This document shows positions 37,431 to 50,549 of a DNA stretch of 64,000 nucleotides, piece after piece (position 1 is the stretch's first letter; each line of letters begins with the position of its first letter). Below the pieces are notes generated by a model. That model was not told the origin of the DNA. It saw nothing but the letters and a program-made list of their open reading frames with translations, and ran no database searches. The position numbers and the translations under genes are program-made. This DNA comes from Squalus acanthias (Eukaryota), in assembly GCA_030390025.1 (NCBI GenBank), contig CM059431.1, positions 132,682,001 through 132,746,000 on the forward strand. The letters are read 5' to 3'.

Positions 37431-37472
37431 TCACAAGCTTTCGGAGCTATCGATTGCTCCTTCCTCAGGTGA
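37431..37472 (-). ncRNA. Minimal type I hammerhead ribozyme motif with intact core, in a Penelope-type terminal fragment (about 37384-37475)
   Basis: Minus strand: UCAC-CUGAGGA-A-GGAGC(AAUCGAUA)GCUCC-GAAA-GCUU-GUGA. Stem I UCAC/GUGA, 5-bp stem II, palindromic AAGCUU at stem III, predicted cleavage triplet CUU. Confidence 0.72.
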
Positions 37473-38814
37473 AGTAAGAGCCATGGGAGGGTGGAAGTGG
37501 CCAGAGCTGACACTGAATGGAGATCTGTTAAAGGGAGGGAGTAGAGTGAGAGAAAGAAAGGAGAGAGTACTGTAAACATGGAGGATCACAAAGCTACTCT
37601 TGATATCCTTGAGCTGGGGGAGGGGAATTTAGTAAGGCTTCCTACACCTGATATTACACTGGCTGTCTTTAACTCTTTGTCTGCAGCAGAAATAACGCTT
37701 CCATGAAGAGGATGGAGTTTTGGCAAAGCCAATTTTTCCACTTCACAGAAATGTCATTGTGGTGAAAAGTAAATGTAATACATAATTCCAGTGTATGAGT
37801 ACTGAAGGGGCTGCCAGCTATATACTGTTTTCCAGGATGAATTAAAACCACATACAGTCAGACTTGATTAGTCTGTGATTCATTAAACTGAATGTCTGGA
37901 AATCTGAACAGTTTTTTTCTGATATGCACTGGATAATCCAAAAACCTTGCATTCCAAATGCAGATGAATCTAAAACAAAAGCAAAATATTGTGGATGTTG
38001 GAAATCTAACTGGTTACTATTCAGCAAACCCCAGATTGATTGTTCTCTAGTAATAAAAAGAAAGCTGCAAAGGTAAAACAAAAACAGAAATAAAAACAAC
38101 AAATATTAGAAATACACACAAATAATCAGCATCTGAACTGAAAAAAGATTAACATTTTGGGTGTAGAATCTTCATTAAAAGTAATTTGTTCTCCATTTAA
38201 TAAATGGATTTTCTATCACTTAAAGCTTTCCACAAGCTGTCTTGTCTCTTGGCAATATGAATGCAGTGCTCTTCACATTCCTGCTACACTCTTATCAAGC
38301 TAATTAAAATTAGGAGCTAAAAGCAACCAACCATAACAGAACAGTAAAAGTTAGTGATAAATAAAAACTTCCACTGCAGTTCCCACTTTGTGTAAAGTGC
38401 AGGTGTTGAATGCAACTTGCAGGCCGTGACTCAGTCCTGTCAGTTTATTACTTTACAAGCATTTATAGTTTTGCATTCTGACCTATTGATGCTAAGCAAT
38501 GCCAGAGTCCCTGATCCATTGCTCTTTTCTATAGTATGAACTTAAAAACTGTTCACAATTAGCAGATTTCCAGAAATTATTATTGAATACGAAGCATGCA
38601 TTCATAAATAATGCACTGACATTAAATAGCACAAATTTATTTAGTGCAGAAGAAAATGCTAAAACATGTTCCTGCAAGAGCAGCAAAATCTGTCCCTTTG
38701 TGTAATTTTTAGGTGAAAAATATCACTGGTCTGCAGTACCGGACCAGCATTTTTTTTGAGTCCAGATTGGTGCCAATTGTTTTTATGAAGTCAAACAGAC
38801 TTCTAGTACTGTGT

Positions 38815-38848
38815 TGCAGGAATGAATTTCTGCCATCAGGTGGCACTG
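38815..38848 (+). promoter_or_regulatory. Candidate CTCF site with upstream TGCAG module
   Basis: TGCAG-N13-CCATCAGGTGGCACTG; 13 of 14 positions match the core consensus CCASYAGRKGGCRS. Lies in apparently non-repetitive intron 3 DNA. Confidence 0.55.
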
Positions 38849-39249
38849 TAGCACCGAGTAGTGGCAAAAAACTTGAATTGTAGGATTAATATCTGGTCTT
38901 CAGTTACAGCAGCCTTAAAAACTGAAAATAAACATAAGGGTATGTTTAAAATCATAAAAGTGATAGTAAACAGTAATTAAGAAAATTAAAGAAAAAAGAA
39001 AAATCAATTGAGAAAAAAAGTCATTCGTTTTTTTGTTTTAACATTTTTTTAAATACTAAGCAATCACCTGTGGTGTTGCACACGGAGAGACAAGAAGTAG
39101 TCTTCTGGTGATAGAGGGTGATGGGGAGGTAATTAGGTGGCTGACAGGAAATAAGGGCAATGTTATGTAAGATGTAATGTATTACCCTGACATTAATATA
39201 AAGAACCTATAACAAAAGATTTTCATTATTACACATGCACCAAAATATA

Positions 39250-39420
39250 GGGGCAATTTTCACTTTGGGTGCAGGCGGAAAACTGGTGGTAGTGGATCGG
39301 CCACCTGTTACACACCCTGCCCGATTTTCCATTCCATTAACTTCAATCAGCCGGGTTTATATTGCGCAGCTGATCTGCAACCGCTGGTTTTCCGCACACA
39401 CTAAAGTAAAAATGACCCCC
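39250..39420. mobile_element. Short palindromic MITE, Harbinger-type ends
   Basis: GGGGCAATTTTCACTTTGGGTG...gcggaaaac / gttttccgc...CACACTAAAGTAAAAATGACCCC; flanks ata/tta. Confidence 0.65.
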
Positions 39421-41699
39421 TTAGTCTATAATGAAAATCTAAAATTATTACTTCCTTTACCAAGATATAAATAGCCAATAATATTTCCCCCCCACATGAA
39501 TATATAAAAATACATAAAAAGCCAATAACTCAAATATTACCCCTAACAAATAAAAATAATGTGAAAAGGGGAATTGCTGGATTCAAATTTTGTGTAAATG
39601 TCAGATTTAACAGCTGAGTATGGGCCATAGGTCAACAGGAGTGGAGACTGCACATGTAATATGGTAGATGTTTAGATCCGGCAGGCTGAGGGAGCGTTGC
39701 AGAATAGGCCCTGAGAACGGCCTCCAAATTGGGTGATGGTGGGCAAGTGGTAGAGTGCGGGACTGGCTCAGAATGGACCCCAAGAAGGGCCTCCAAATTG
39801 GACAAAGGGACTGTGTAGTAGGGAGCAAGACTGGCTCAGCATAGGCCCAGAGAAGGTCTTCAAAACAGATGGGCAGCAGTGAGTTCAAAATTGTCCTGGA
39901 TAGTGACTTACTAATCAGGCAAAATGCGCAGTGGGTGGGTGGTGGGAATGGCCTGCGACAAAGCATCAGAATAAGCTGCAAGACTAGCAAGGGCAGCTGG
40001 CCATAAGGAGCAGCATTGAAGAATGGTCCAAATGCAGGCCAGTGTAGAAGTGGTGGCCAATGACGCCTGTAATACTGAGGGTGGGGAGCAGCTGTGCTCA
40101 AGGAGCAGGAGGGAAGAGACGTAATGCTAGCTGAAATTATGAGGGGGTGAGGGCAATGTGAATTCTGAGCCCGAGCACCATTGCTGGCCTTAAACAGCAG
40201 GGAACCAGCAAAGTGAGGGGGCCAGTCTGAAAAAAACTTCCTTCGGTGGGTTTTCCTTCTTTTCTCTTGGGATGCCACATGACAGGATCCATTCTACAGT
40301 TCCATGTTGAAGTTAGTAGATTAACCATTTGTGCAAGGGTTCTGGTAAAGAGGAACTTTTACTACTGACACAACAGTTGGGAAATTAATTTGTTTGAGAT
40401 TACCTACCATTTCCAATTATGTGAAAGGGTGCTGGAGGCTGTCGAGTAACATTAGGTGACACCACATTGTCTTCAGTCTGTCATGTAATGTTTACAGCAC
40501 CAGCTGCTGGTGCAGTACCAACGCAATCTTGAAATTCCTCATCGTTTTTAATATATAATAGATTTTTACACATAATAGTTGAACTATACACCACTAATAT
40601 TACATTCTGAGTTTATTTGCAGCCTTTGTCTAGTAAGGGACGATTAAGGTTAACATTTTGATAGATATAAGAAATTGCATAAAATCTATCTTTTGAATCA
40701 AACTTTGCTGAAAGTAGATGGATTTATATATTGGTCCTGTTGGTTCATTTATCTTTTTTTGACTTTCCTGAGAGAAAATGTAATTAATATGAAAAGCTGA
40801 ACTCTGAATTCCACACATGTTCATTATATACTTTTTTTAAATACCTAGTTTCAACCCAAAGGCAGGACTGATCTCAGAGCATTTAGAACAAGATACATTA
40901 TTTGTACAGTAGCTGCAGTGCTAATTTAGCATGTTTCACCAGTATGGGAAAAATACTTGTCATATCCCCTGTTTTTTGTGGTAACATAATGGTTCTGCCT
41001 GCTTAGCCTGCTATTAACATAAGCACACAGGCAGAATACTGATGCCATCAATGACACGGTAGCCTACATTTTCCAATTGTGTTATTTTAATTCCAGCATT
41101 GACCCTTTTGGTGTTAAAGCTGCTAGGGCAATCTAGGCTCCTGTGTCTGGTTTTAACAAAAAAATTTACTTGATTATCTCTCCATAATGCCCTGAATTAT
41201 CACACCACCCTTGTGCTGTAACCTTCACAGGAAAACACTGATGTGCCATTGTCTTGGAACAGCAAAATCTCACCAGAAGTAGAATGAAGGAATGATGGTG
41301 TATAACAGGATTTAGTGTTACCAAAAATACTAATTTGCATTTTTTATTCTTTACCAAATATCTATATCAATGCAAGTTATTTTCTGTTTTTCCTTTATTT
41401 ATTTATGGTACTTGATGTTGCCAAAAATAAATTAATGAATTTTTAATATTCAAGACTTTTATTCAGAAACTCCTTCCAAACTTGAATAATAGAGCTCAGA
41501 AGCTGGCATTGTTTATATGTACAAAATTATTTTTGAGTTCTGAGCACAAACATAAATAAAGCAAATGCAGCTATATACTTCTTTAGAATACACATCAAAA
41601 TATATGAACCCACTTCAAATAATTCTTGATTGAGCCTTGCTTGTTTTCCTCTTGTTATATCTATATTTTACACATTGTATTTGCTGACTCTAGTTGCAA

Positions 41700-42430
41700 A
41701 TGATCAGTCGGTATACAATATATACGTCAAAAGATTGTGGGTTCAAGCCCCTCTACAAACTTAAGCACATAATCTAGGCTAACACTTCATTGCAGCACTG
41801 AGTGAGTGCTGCATTGTCAGAGGTGTCGTCTTTTGGATGAGAAGTTAAACTAAGGACCTACATACCTGCTTAGATGCAACCAACAGGAAAGATTGAGGAG
41901 GAGTGGACTCTATTCTCTAGAAAAGAGAAGGCTAAGAGCAGAGCTAGTGCCTAAAGCTTTAAAGTTATGAAGGGGTTCGATCGGGTGGATGTGGAGAAAC
42001 TGTTCCACTTGTGGGTGAGTCTGGAACAAGGTGTCATAATATAGGATAGGCACTAACATATCAATAATTTAGGAGGAATTTCTTTACACAGAGAGTGGAA
42101 CTCACTGCTACATAGAGTGGTTAAAGCAGATAGCATTGACACATTTAAGGGGAAGCTTGATGCATACATGAGGGAGAAGGGAATAAAGGGGTATGGGGGC
42201 CGGGGAGAGGTAATTAGAATGGGAGAAGGCTCATATGGAGCATAAACACCGGCGTAGACCAGTTAGGCGGAATTATCTGTTTCTGTGTTGTAGATACTAT
42301 GTGATACTATGTAATTCTATGTGAAAGATCCTTTGGTGCTAGTTGAAGAAGAATGGTCAGTTCTCCCAGTTTCCTGGAAAAGATTCCTTCCTCAACCAAC
42401 AGCACCAAAAACAGATTATTTGGTCATTCA
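41700..42430 (+). mobile_element. Deu-type SINE split by a CR1 3' fragment (about 41885-42320)
   Basis: B-box gggttcaagccc at about 41740. The SINE body resumes at gtgaaagatcctttgg (42321) after a CR1 tactatgt tail. Confidence 0.7.
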
Positions 42431-42865
42431 CTATACAAAAGCGGTTGAGACACGCCCAACTATAATGTGGCCAGTTGAATCATGGTTGACAGACTGTAGG
42501 GTTGGAGGTGATACGGTGATTTATAGGAGCATCTGCTGTCCACTTTATGCCAGCGAGTTGGTAAGGAAAAGTCAAAGGAATCAGGAAAACGTGACCATAT
42601 TGGATGTCTCGAAGAGAGCCGCCCTGTTGCTGGATAGAACAAATTGGAGTGAATTGGCAACATGATTTTGTCATGAAGTCTATTCACCAATTTTGCTACT
42701 GCATCTGAACGTCAAAGATGTGGAGGAGCTATGCTGCAGAGGACTGGTAACCATGTGAGGGGAGTAGGGCGCAATGAGCCTGACACAAGTCGCATAGTAG
42801 TGTGCGATGGAGTATCCACCAGCTTAGTGTACAGTGAGCGAGCCCAAATAGAAGTGCAATATTCA

Positions 42866-45800
42866 TAGAACAGGAGTAGGCCATTTAGACCCTCAAGCTT
42901 GTTCCGCCATTCAATTAAATCATGGCTTATCTGTGGCCTAACTCCATATACCCGCCTTTGGCCCATATCCTTTAATACCTTTGGTTAACAAAAGTCTATC
43001 ACTCTCAGATTTAAAATTAACAATTGACCTAACATCAACTGCCGTTTGCAGAAGAGAGTTCCAAACTTCTCCCAGCCTTTGTGTGTAGAAGTGTTTCCTA
43101 ACTTCACTCCTGAAAAGCCTGGCTCTAATTTTTATGCTATGTCCCCTAGTGCTAGATACCGCAACCAGCAGAAATAGTTTATTTCTACCCTATCAGTTTC
43201 CCTTAATATCTTGAAAACTTTGATCAAATCACCCCTTAATCTTCTAAATTCCAGGGAAAACAACCCTAGTTTGTGTAATTTCTCTTCATAATTTAACCCT
43301 TGGAGACCAGGTATCATTCAAGGTCATCGACTGATGCAAGGTCATCAACCTGAAATGTTAGCTCTGTTTCTACACAGATGCTGACTGACCTGCTGAGTAT
43401 TTCCAGCATTTTCTGTTTTTATTTCAAATTTCCAGCATCCGCAGCATTTTACTTTTGTATCATTCTAGTAAATCTACGCTGCACTCCCTCCAAGGCCAGT
43501 ATATCCTTCCTAAGGTGTGGTGTCCAGAACTGAACACAGTACTCCAGGTGTGGTCCAACCAGGGCTTTGTATAGCTGTAGCATGACTTCTACCCCCTTGT
43601 ATTCTCATCCTCTAGATATAAAGGCCAGCATTTAAGGGCATTCTGGGGAAGAGTGATCATAATATGATACAATTTTATATTGAGTTTGAGAGTGATTTAG
43701 TTAAGTCCGAAACTAGGGTCATAAATCTGAACAAAGCGAACTACGTAGGTATGAGGGGCAAGTTAGCTAAGGTAGATTAGGAAACTAGATTTAAGAGATA
43801 TGACGGTAGATATGCAATGGCAAACATTTAAAGAAATAATTCATAATTTGCAATGAAAATACATTCCCTTAAGGAATTAAAAACCCCATGGGAAAAGTGG
43901 TCCAACCGTGGCTAACAAGAGAAGTTAAAGTATTAGATTAAAGCAAGAGGTTTATAATGTTGCCAAAAAGAGGATTGGGAGGATTTTTAGAATTCAGCAA
44001 AGGATGAACAAGAAATTGATAAAGAGAGAGAAAATAGAATGAGAGTAAACTAGTAAGAGACATAAAAACAGGTTGTAAACGCTTCTATAGGTAAGTAAAA
44101 AGGAAGAGATTAGCGAAAGTAAATGTGGGTCCCTTACAGGCAGAGACGGGATAAATTATAATGGGCAATAAAGAAATGACAGAGACATTAAACAAATGTT
44201 TTGTATCTGTCTTCATGGTAGAAGACACAAAAAACATTCCGGAAATAGTGGGGAACCAAGGGTCTAGTGAGAATGAGGAGCTTAAAGAAATTAGTATTAG
44301 TAACCAAAGGAGGGAGCGAGAAAACAGGGAACTATAGGCCAGTTAGCCCGACATCAGTAGCAAGGAAAATGCCAGAATCTATTATTAGGGATGTGGTAAC
44401 AGGGCACTTAGAAAATCATAATATGACTGGGCAGAGTTAACACGGATTTATGAAAGAGAAATCGTGTTTCACAAATCTGTTAGAGTTTTTTGAGGTTGTA
44501 ACCAATGTTCCCCGTAATTTGTTTTTGGGTGCGCGGCCCCTTTAAGGGGCTGCACGGCCCATTCACAGTTCTTTAACATTGCAAAAGCCGGTCCCAGGTT
44601 GCATGGGACCGGCAGAGAGCTGCGCAGCCACGCAGATTACAGGGAACGTTGGTTGTAACTAGCAGGGTAGATAAGGGGGAACCACTGGATGTAATGTATT
44701 TGGATTTTCAGTAGGCATTCGATAAGGTGCCACACGGGGTTATTACACAAAATTAGGGCTCATGCAATTGGGGTTAATATATTAGCATGGATTGAGGATT
44801 GGTTAACGGACAGAAAACAGAGAGTAGGAATAAACGGGTCAATTTCAGGCTGGCAGGCTGTAACTAGTGGGGTACCGCAAGGATCAGTGCTTGGGCCTCA
44901 GCTATTTACAATCTATATCAAAGACTTAGATGAGGGAACCGAGTGTACTGTATTTAAGTTTGCTGACGATACAAAGCTAGGTTTGAAAATAAGCTGTGAG
45001 GAGGATGCAGAGAGGTTGCAAAGGGATACAGACAGGTTAAGTGAGTGGGCAAAAATGTGGCAGATGGAATATAATGTGGAGAAATGTGAAGTTATCCATT
45101 TTGGTAGGTTAAAAATAGAAAACCAGAATATTTTTTAAAAGGTGAGACACTGAGAAATGTTGGTATTCAGAGGGACCTGGGTGTCCTTGTACCCGAATCA
45201 CAGAAGGTTAACATGCAGGTACAGCAAGCAATTAGGAAAGCAAATGGTTTGTTAGCCTTTATTACAAAGAGATTGGCGTGAAAGAGTAAAGAAGTCTTAC
45301 TGCAATTATATAGGGCCTTGGTGAGACCACACCTGGAGTACTGTGTACAGTTTTAGACTCCTTACCTAAGGAAGGATATACTGCCCTTCGGAGGAGTTCA
45401 GCAAAGGTTCACCAGACTGATTCCTGGGATGAGGGGATTTTTCTTTGAGGAGAGATTACGTAGACTAGTCCTATATTCCCTAGTTTAGAAGAATGAGAGG
45501 TGATCTCATTGAAACATATATAATTCTTAAGGGGCGTGACAGGGTAAATGCTGAGAGGATGTTTCTCCTGGCTGGGGAGTCTAAAACTAGAGGTCACAGA
45601 CTTAGAAAAAGAATAAAGGGGCATCCATTTAGGACTAAGATGAGGAGAATTTTTTCACTCAAGGAGTTGTGAATCTTTGCAATTCTCTATCACAGAGAGC
45701 TGTGGATGCTCAGTCGTTGAGTATATTTAAGATAGAGATTGATAGATTTTTGGATACTATGACAAGAGATATGGGGATAGGGCAGGAAAGTGGAGTTGAG

Positions 45801-46428
45801 CAGATCAGCCATGATCTTATTGAATGGCGGAGCAGGCTCGAAGGGTTGAATGGCCTACTCCTGCTCCTATTTCTTATGTTCTTATTCCATTCGCCTTTTT
45901 GATTATTTTTTGTACCTGTCGATGACATTGTAATGATCCATGTACATGGACCCCCTATGTCTCTTTGGACCTCCACTGCTTCTAGCTTTTCACCATTTAG
46001 AAAGTACTCTGTTCTATCGTTTTTTGGTCCCAGGTGGATGACCTCACACTTGCCTACATTGAAATCCATTTGCTACAGTTTTGTCCATTTACTTAATCTA
46101 TTAATATCTCTTTGTAATTTTATGCTTCCATCAACACTGCTTACAATGCCATCTGTCTTTGTGTCATCGGCAAACTTGGATATGTGGCTCTCTATCCCGT
46201 CATCTAAGTGGTTAATAAATACAGTGAAAAGTTGAGACCCCAACACAGATGCCTGTGGGACACCACTAGTCACATCCTGCCAATTTAAGTAGCTGCCCAT
46301 TATCCCTACTCTCTGTCTCCTGCCACTCAGCCAATTTCCTAACCTTGTCAATAATTTGCCCACAAATTCCATGACCTTCAACTTTAGCTAACAGTGTTTT
46401 ATGAGGGACTTTATCTTATGAGGGTCTT
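42866..46428 (-). mobile_element. CR1 (-) containing an opposite-strand CR1 (about 43633-45885, +) and a Penelope terminal fragment (about 43315-43460)
   Basis: The outer CR1 breaks at aaggccagcatt and resumes at attccattcgcc. The inner copy runs from GKSDHNMIQFYI to a ttcttatgttctta tail. Degenerate hammerhead ctgatgcaaggtcatcaacctgaaatgttag at about 43331. Confidence 0.82.
44503..44651. mobile_element. hAT-type MITE (149 bp)
   Basis: TIR CAATGTTCCC / GGGAACGTTG with a perfect 8-bp TSD GTTGTAAC (44495-44502, 44652-44659), inside the inner CR1. Confidence 0.88.
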
Positions 46429-47672
46429 TATTCAGCAACTGAATAACAGAGTGCAAGAGCAGATGAGTGTAAACTGGAGGTGTTTGCTCCCCAGGCAGCG
46501 CCAGCAAGTTTAGTGATTAGGTTATTTTGAGTTTTGACTTTCTCAGCAGTTTTCAGTAGATGGTTTTTGTCGATTAGTGACTGTTCGAAGGTGACTCCCA
46601 AGTAAACAGGGTGAGCATCATGTTGAAGAAGTTGACCATTTATGATGATAGTGAGTTCACAATCTGTGTGGTACTTGTTTGGGAGAGGGAAGAGGAAGGA
46701 AGACAGGGAGGAGAAGATCAGGAGGAAATGGGAATGGGGACAAGTGAAGGAAAGGCGGGGACGTGGCAAGCTCTCGGGAGGGAGGAGTTGCTGTGAGCTT
46801 TCCTTCATTTCCCCAGTGGTTTTTTCCTCCAGGTTGGGGTTGTGAAGAGGTCACCTGATTCCCCTAACCCCTGATCTTCAGGGCTGGGGATTGGGGTGCG
46901 GGTAGGAGAAGAGATGCGAAGTGGGAAGGCAGTCTTCAAGTTGATTGAGCAGTAAGGAGGTGTTGCCATGTTGTGGGAGCACTCGAGGAGCTGGAAGCAT
47001 GGTTAGGCAGGTGTGGACTAAATTAATTTGGAAAAAGCCATAGGCATGGTTGACATCGGACTTTTGAATGGAAAGTTGACAGGACGTACCATTTTTTAAT
47101 AATATATAGACATTCAGATATATAAAAATATATTTCAAGTAATTGTATCAGTGCCATAAATTATATTGGGTATTAATATATCTGATTACATACTAAATTA
47201 TTGTAAATGTATATACAATTATAAATTTAATAATTAAATTCTAAATAAACACTATTGTAAATATATAAATAATGTAATATGTAGTTTAAATAGGTATAAA
47301 AATAAATATATTGAATTGTAAATATATATTATCAATCTGAATTTGGTATGGTGACAGTAGATCAGACTGGAGGCTTGGCCCTGGGTCAGGTCTGGCTGGG
47401 GCTGTTGTGGGCAGAAGAGAGAATGGTGTGGAGCATTGCATGTGGGAGGAGGCTTCAGGCCAAGATAAAGGCTTGGGCTGAGGTTGGGATGTGGGTTGAT
47501 GGGGTGATAGCTGGGCTGGTAACGGGGAGTGAAAAAGTTGCTTAAAAATAGGTGGTGTCAGACCAGGAGGCTGGCTGGAAAGTTTGGTAGGGGAAATCAT
47601 AGAGTTCAGCTGAATGGGTAGTAAAAATTGTCTTGGGTCGGTGTGACGGCTGTGGATGGAGGCTGAGACTTA

Positions 47673-49470
47673 GGCCGCGATTTCGTCGACCGAGGCGGGT
47701 CCGGGGCAGCCAGGGTCGGTGTCGCGGTCCCAGCCCGCTGCCTACTGCAGCCCACACTCTCCAAGTGATTTTACGTTAATAGGGCATGTTAAGCCCGCCC
47801 TGCGAGGTTCCTGGCCAATTAATAGGAAGTGGGTCTGATGACGTCATTTGATGATGTGTCATCAGCCGGTTTCCTTAAAGGGGCCATGTCCAAATTCATT
47901 TTGACAGTTCTGCTGTCAAGGTTCGACAACATTGAGGTGCTGTAAACACTGACTAGCACTGCACAAAGGTGCACGGCTGCACCCAGGCTCTCCTGTGACT
48001 CCCTCCACGTGCTTATGGAGGAAGTCACAGCACGCAGGGAGGTTCTCTTCCCTTCCCATGGGTGGAAGAGACCTCCCCAGGAGATCAACGCAGCCTGGTT
48101 GCACATTGCACAGGAGGACACAAAGCAGGGATGTCGTCAGGAGGACCAGGCTGCAGTGACGCAAGCCTTTCAATTATCTCAGTAGATCACGAAACGTTAC
48201 TGCCAAGCCACACTCAACCTCATCCTGCTGTGCCACTCATCACATCCACATCACTCTGCCTACCCTACCCTACTCCTGCACATCTTTACTCATACCAACT
48301 TAGCTTCCACCTCCACCCATCCCTCTCTATCTACATTATCACTTCCTCATCTCAGTAGCCACGCCTTATATTCACCCTCATCCTAGTGCAACCATACCAA
48401 CTAACAACACACAAGGGTAGGCACTTGGGTGTTTTATGCAATGTTCATGTACATTTTCAGTTTATGTGTTGTCAAACATTGAAATCTTTATTTTCAACAC
48501 TTTACCTTATTGGACAGATCTGTGCTCACCTTTGGAAGTGTCTTAGTGAGTCCCAGTGAATGTTGAGACATAACTTCCCACCCCCCGCCCCCCCCCCCCC
48601 TGGAATGGTGATGAGTGTGAAAGGAATGGCTTGGACATTGTTAGGGATGCTTTATGGTGCTGGTGTGGTGTGGTGTCAACCTGGAGCATCATGTGGCAAC
48701 CAGGGTGTTAAGCCGTCAAGTGAAGTAAATCTGGCCATGGTGATGCCATCGCTGGCCTCCCAGGCAGCAATGTTGTCGGGTGCTGAAGCCCTGTGTCCTG
48801 TGCAGCATAAGGTGATTGCGGAGAAGGTTGGTATTGTTTTGGTGATATTGGTGTGCCTGGTCATGTTGGTGTTGGGGCTGATCGTGGAGGGATTCAGAGG
48901 ACCAAGGTGAGATATTTTCAAGGGCACCGATGTTGATGGAATAGATGGCAGCTGAAGTTGAGATGACTGAAGCGATCTGTCAATGGTGAGAGAGCGTGCT
49001 CCAAGGAGGTGACAGTGGATAGAGAGTTTACTCCAAACACTTCCAAACTGCATAAAGCTCAAAAGTGCTTTCCAAGTCCTGAAGGCTCAAGCTTCTGACA
49101 TTCGAAAGTGACCAGCTGTGAAATGGTAGCTTTCATACCACTTTTACAGCTGTCACCTATTCACAGCAATGGGGAGACATAGAGAACCCGACCTACTTAC
49201 CTGACTTGATCTCTGAACGATGTGAACCTCGTTAAAAAAGTGGTAAAATAGAAATAAGTTGGCAAAATAGTAGTTAACAAGCATTTAACTATCCTAACTG
49301 CCTCCCCCACCACTTGGTGTTGGGTCTGTTCTGAAATCGCAGACCCGACACTTTGAAAACTTACATGGAAGCGGGTTCGGAGCGGGCTCCCAACCCACTG
49401 TCAATCATTTTGATTTTGACAGCAAACCCGCCTCCAAACCCGTCCTCTGAGCGCTGGCAAAATCGCGGCC
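47673..49470 (+). mobile_element. PIF/Harbinger derivative related to 5138-7719
   Basis: TIR GGCCGCGATTT / AAATCGCGGCC; flanks tta/ttt. At about 47960-48180: AAPRLSCDSLHVLMEEVTARREVLFPSHGWKRPPQEINAAWLHIAQE..SRDVVRRTRLQ*RKPFNYL. The right part resembles the region upstream of the transposase at 60600-60990. Confidence 0.82.
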
Positions 49471-49810
49471 TTTAAGTCTGGTATGGCTGTGATTGGAGGC
49501 AGTGGTAAGGCTAGGAGCAAGCAAGGGAGAGGCTGATTGCATTTAAGCAGAGAAGCTGGTGTGTCATCAAACATGGCTGCTTTATTTTATTGTTGATCTG
49601 ATTGGTCTGTGTTAACCACATGATTGTCAGTAAGGTTCGAAGAACTCTCCAATCTTACACTCTTACAATCTGATGAGACACACGGCATTTATTTTATTGT
49701 TATGTAGATTATAAGTGTGTTGTATCATGAGGATTAATTAAAGGTTGGAAATTTTCATACTAACACTAAATCATTCGATTTTAGTATTCTGCTCACATGT
49801 GGAACTGTGA

Positions 49811-50014
<204 letters not shown>

Positions 50015-50499
50015 TAAAGTAGTCTTAATTTAATGATGTATAAAACCAAAATTTGCTTACCTGTATGCACTCCACATTGTTTTTAAGGTAAATTGAATAT
50101 TGAGGGTGGCAGAGTGAGTTGTTTCTGCATGCACCATGTGAAATACTTTTTCAGAGGCCTGCCAAGCACATTTGCTTGAGTAATGGTGCGTGAAGAGGAA
50201 GAGAGGAAATATAAATGAAAATGGGGTGGGGGAAATCGCGCAAAATTAGATTCAATGTAACATTATGGTTTTAAAAAAGGAGATTCTGTATTTCTGATTT
50301 TGATTTAAATGAAATGAGTAAAGCAGTCTAAACATAAAAATGAGGACATTGCAGTTTAATGTCTACATCTTATTTTTTTTATTTCTAAGTGAAGGAATTT
50401 TCATAAAATCTTTATACAAAAATGTGTGTCTGATAGAAATTAAACGTCATTGTTGCTCCCTGAAAGCAGTTCTATAATAATGTCTATAATTTCTTTCAG

Positions 50500-50549
50500 G
50501 TACTCAGTGGATGGAATTGGAGCTCCTTTGCTGGGCAGTTTGGCTAAAT
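50500..50549 (+). CDS. GPR180: GPR180 coding exon 5 (50 nt, phase 2 to 1)
   Basis: Acceptor ttctttcag|G, donor AAAT|gtaaga. Translates (R)YSVDGIGAPLLGSLAK, matching the recalled YSKDGIGVPFMGSLAE. It keeps the frame between exons 4 and 6. Confidence 0.93.

Larger units (their letters stand above)
42430..46640 (-). mobile_element. Vingi/Ingi-clade-like LINE fragment split by a 3.6-kb CR1 nest
   Basis: HPVYLGVTFEQSL..KNHLLKTAEKVKTQNNLITKLAGAAWGANTSSLHSSALALCYSVAE (46640-46431) continues as EYCTSIWARS...MRLVSGSLRPTPLTWLPVLCSIAPPHL (from 42864). TATTCA is duplicated at 42860-42865 and 46429-46434. Confidence 0.72.

Noticed and set aside
37122..37477. Hydrophobic overlapping ORFs resembling membrane proteins
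   Set aside because: They are translations of a CT-rich low-complexity tract.
38140..38182. Additional hammerhead on the minus strand
   Set aside because: It sits at the expected place in a Penelope remnant, but the core (uuaaugaa...caaaa) and stem II are too decayed to call.
39607..40278. 223-aa minus-strand ORF
   Set aside because: No recognisable domain; Pro/Leu/Ser-rich translation of a purine-rich strand with short internal duplications (ggcctccaaattgg, gactggctcag). Probably non-coding or an old repeat.
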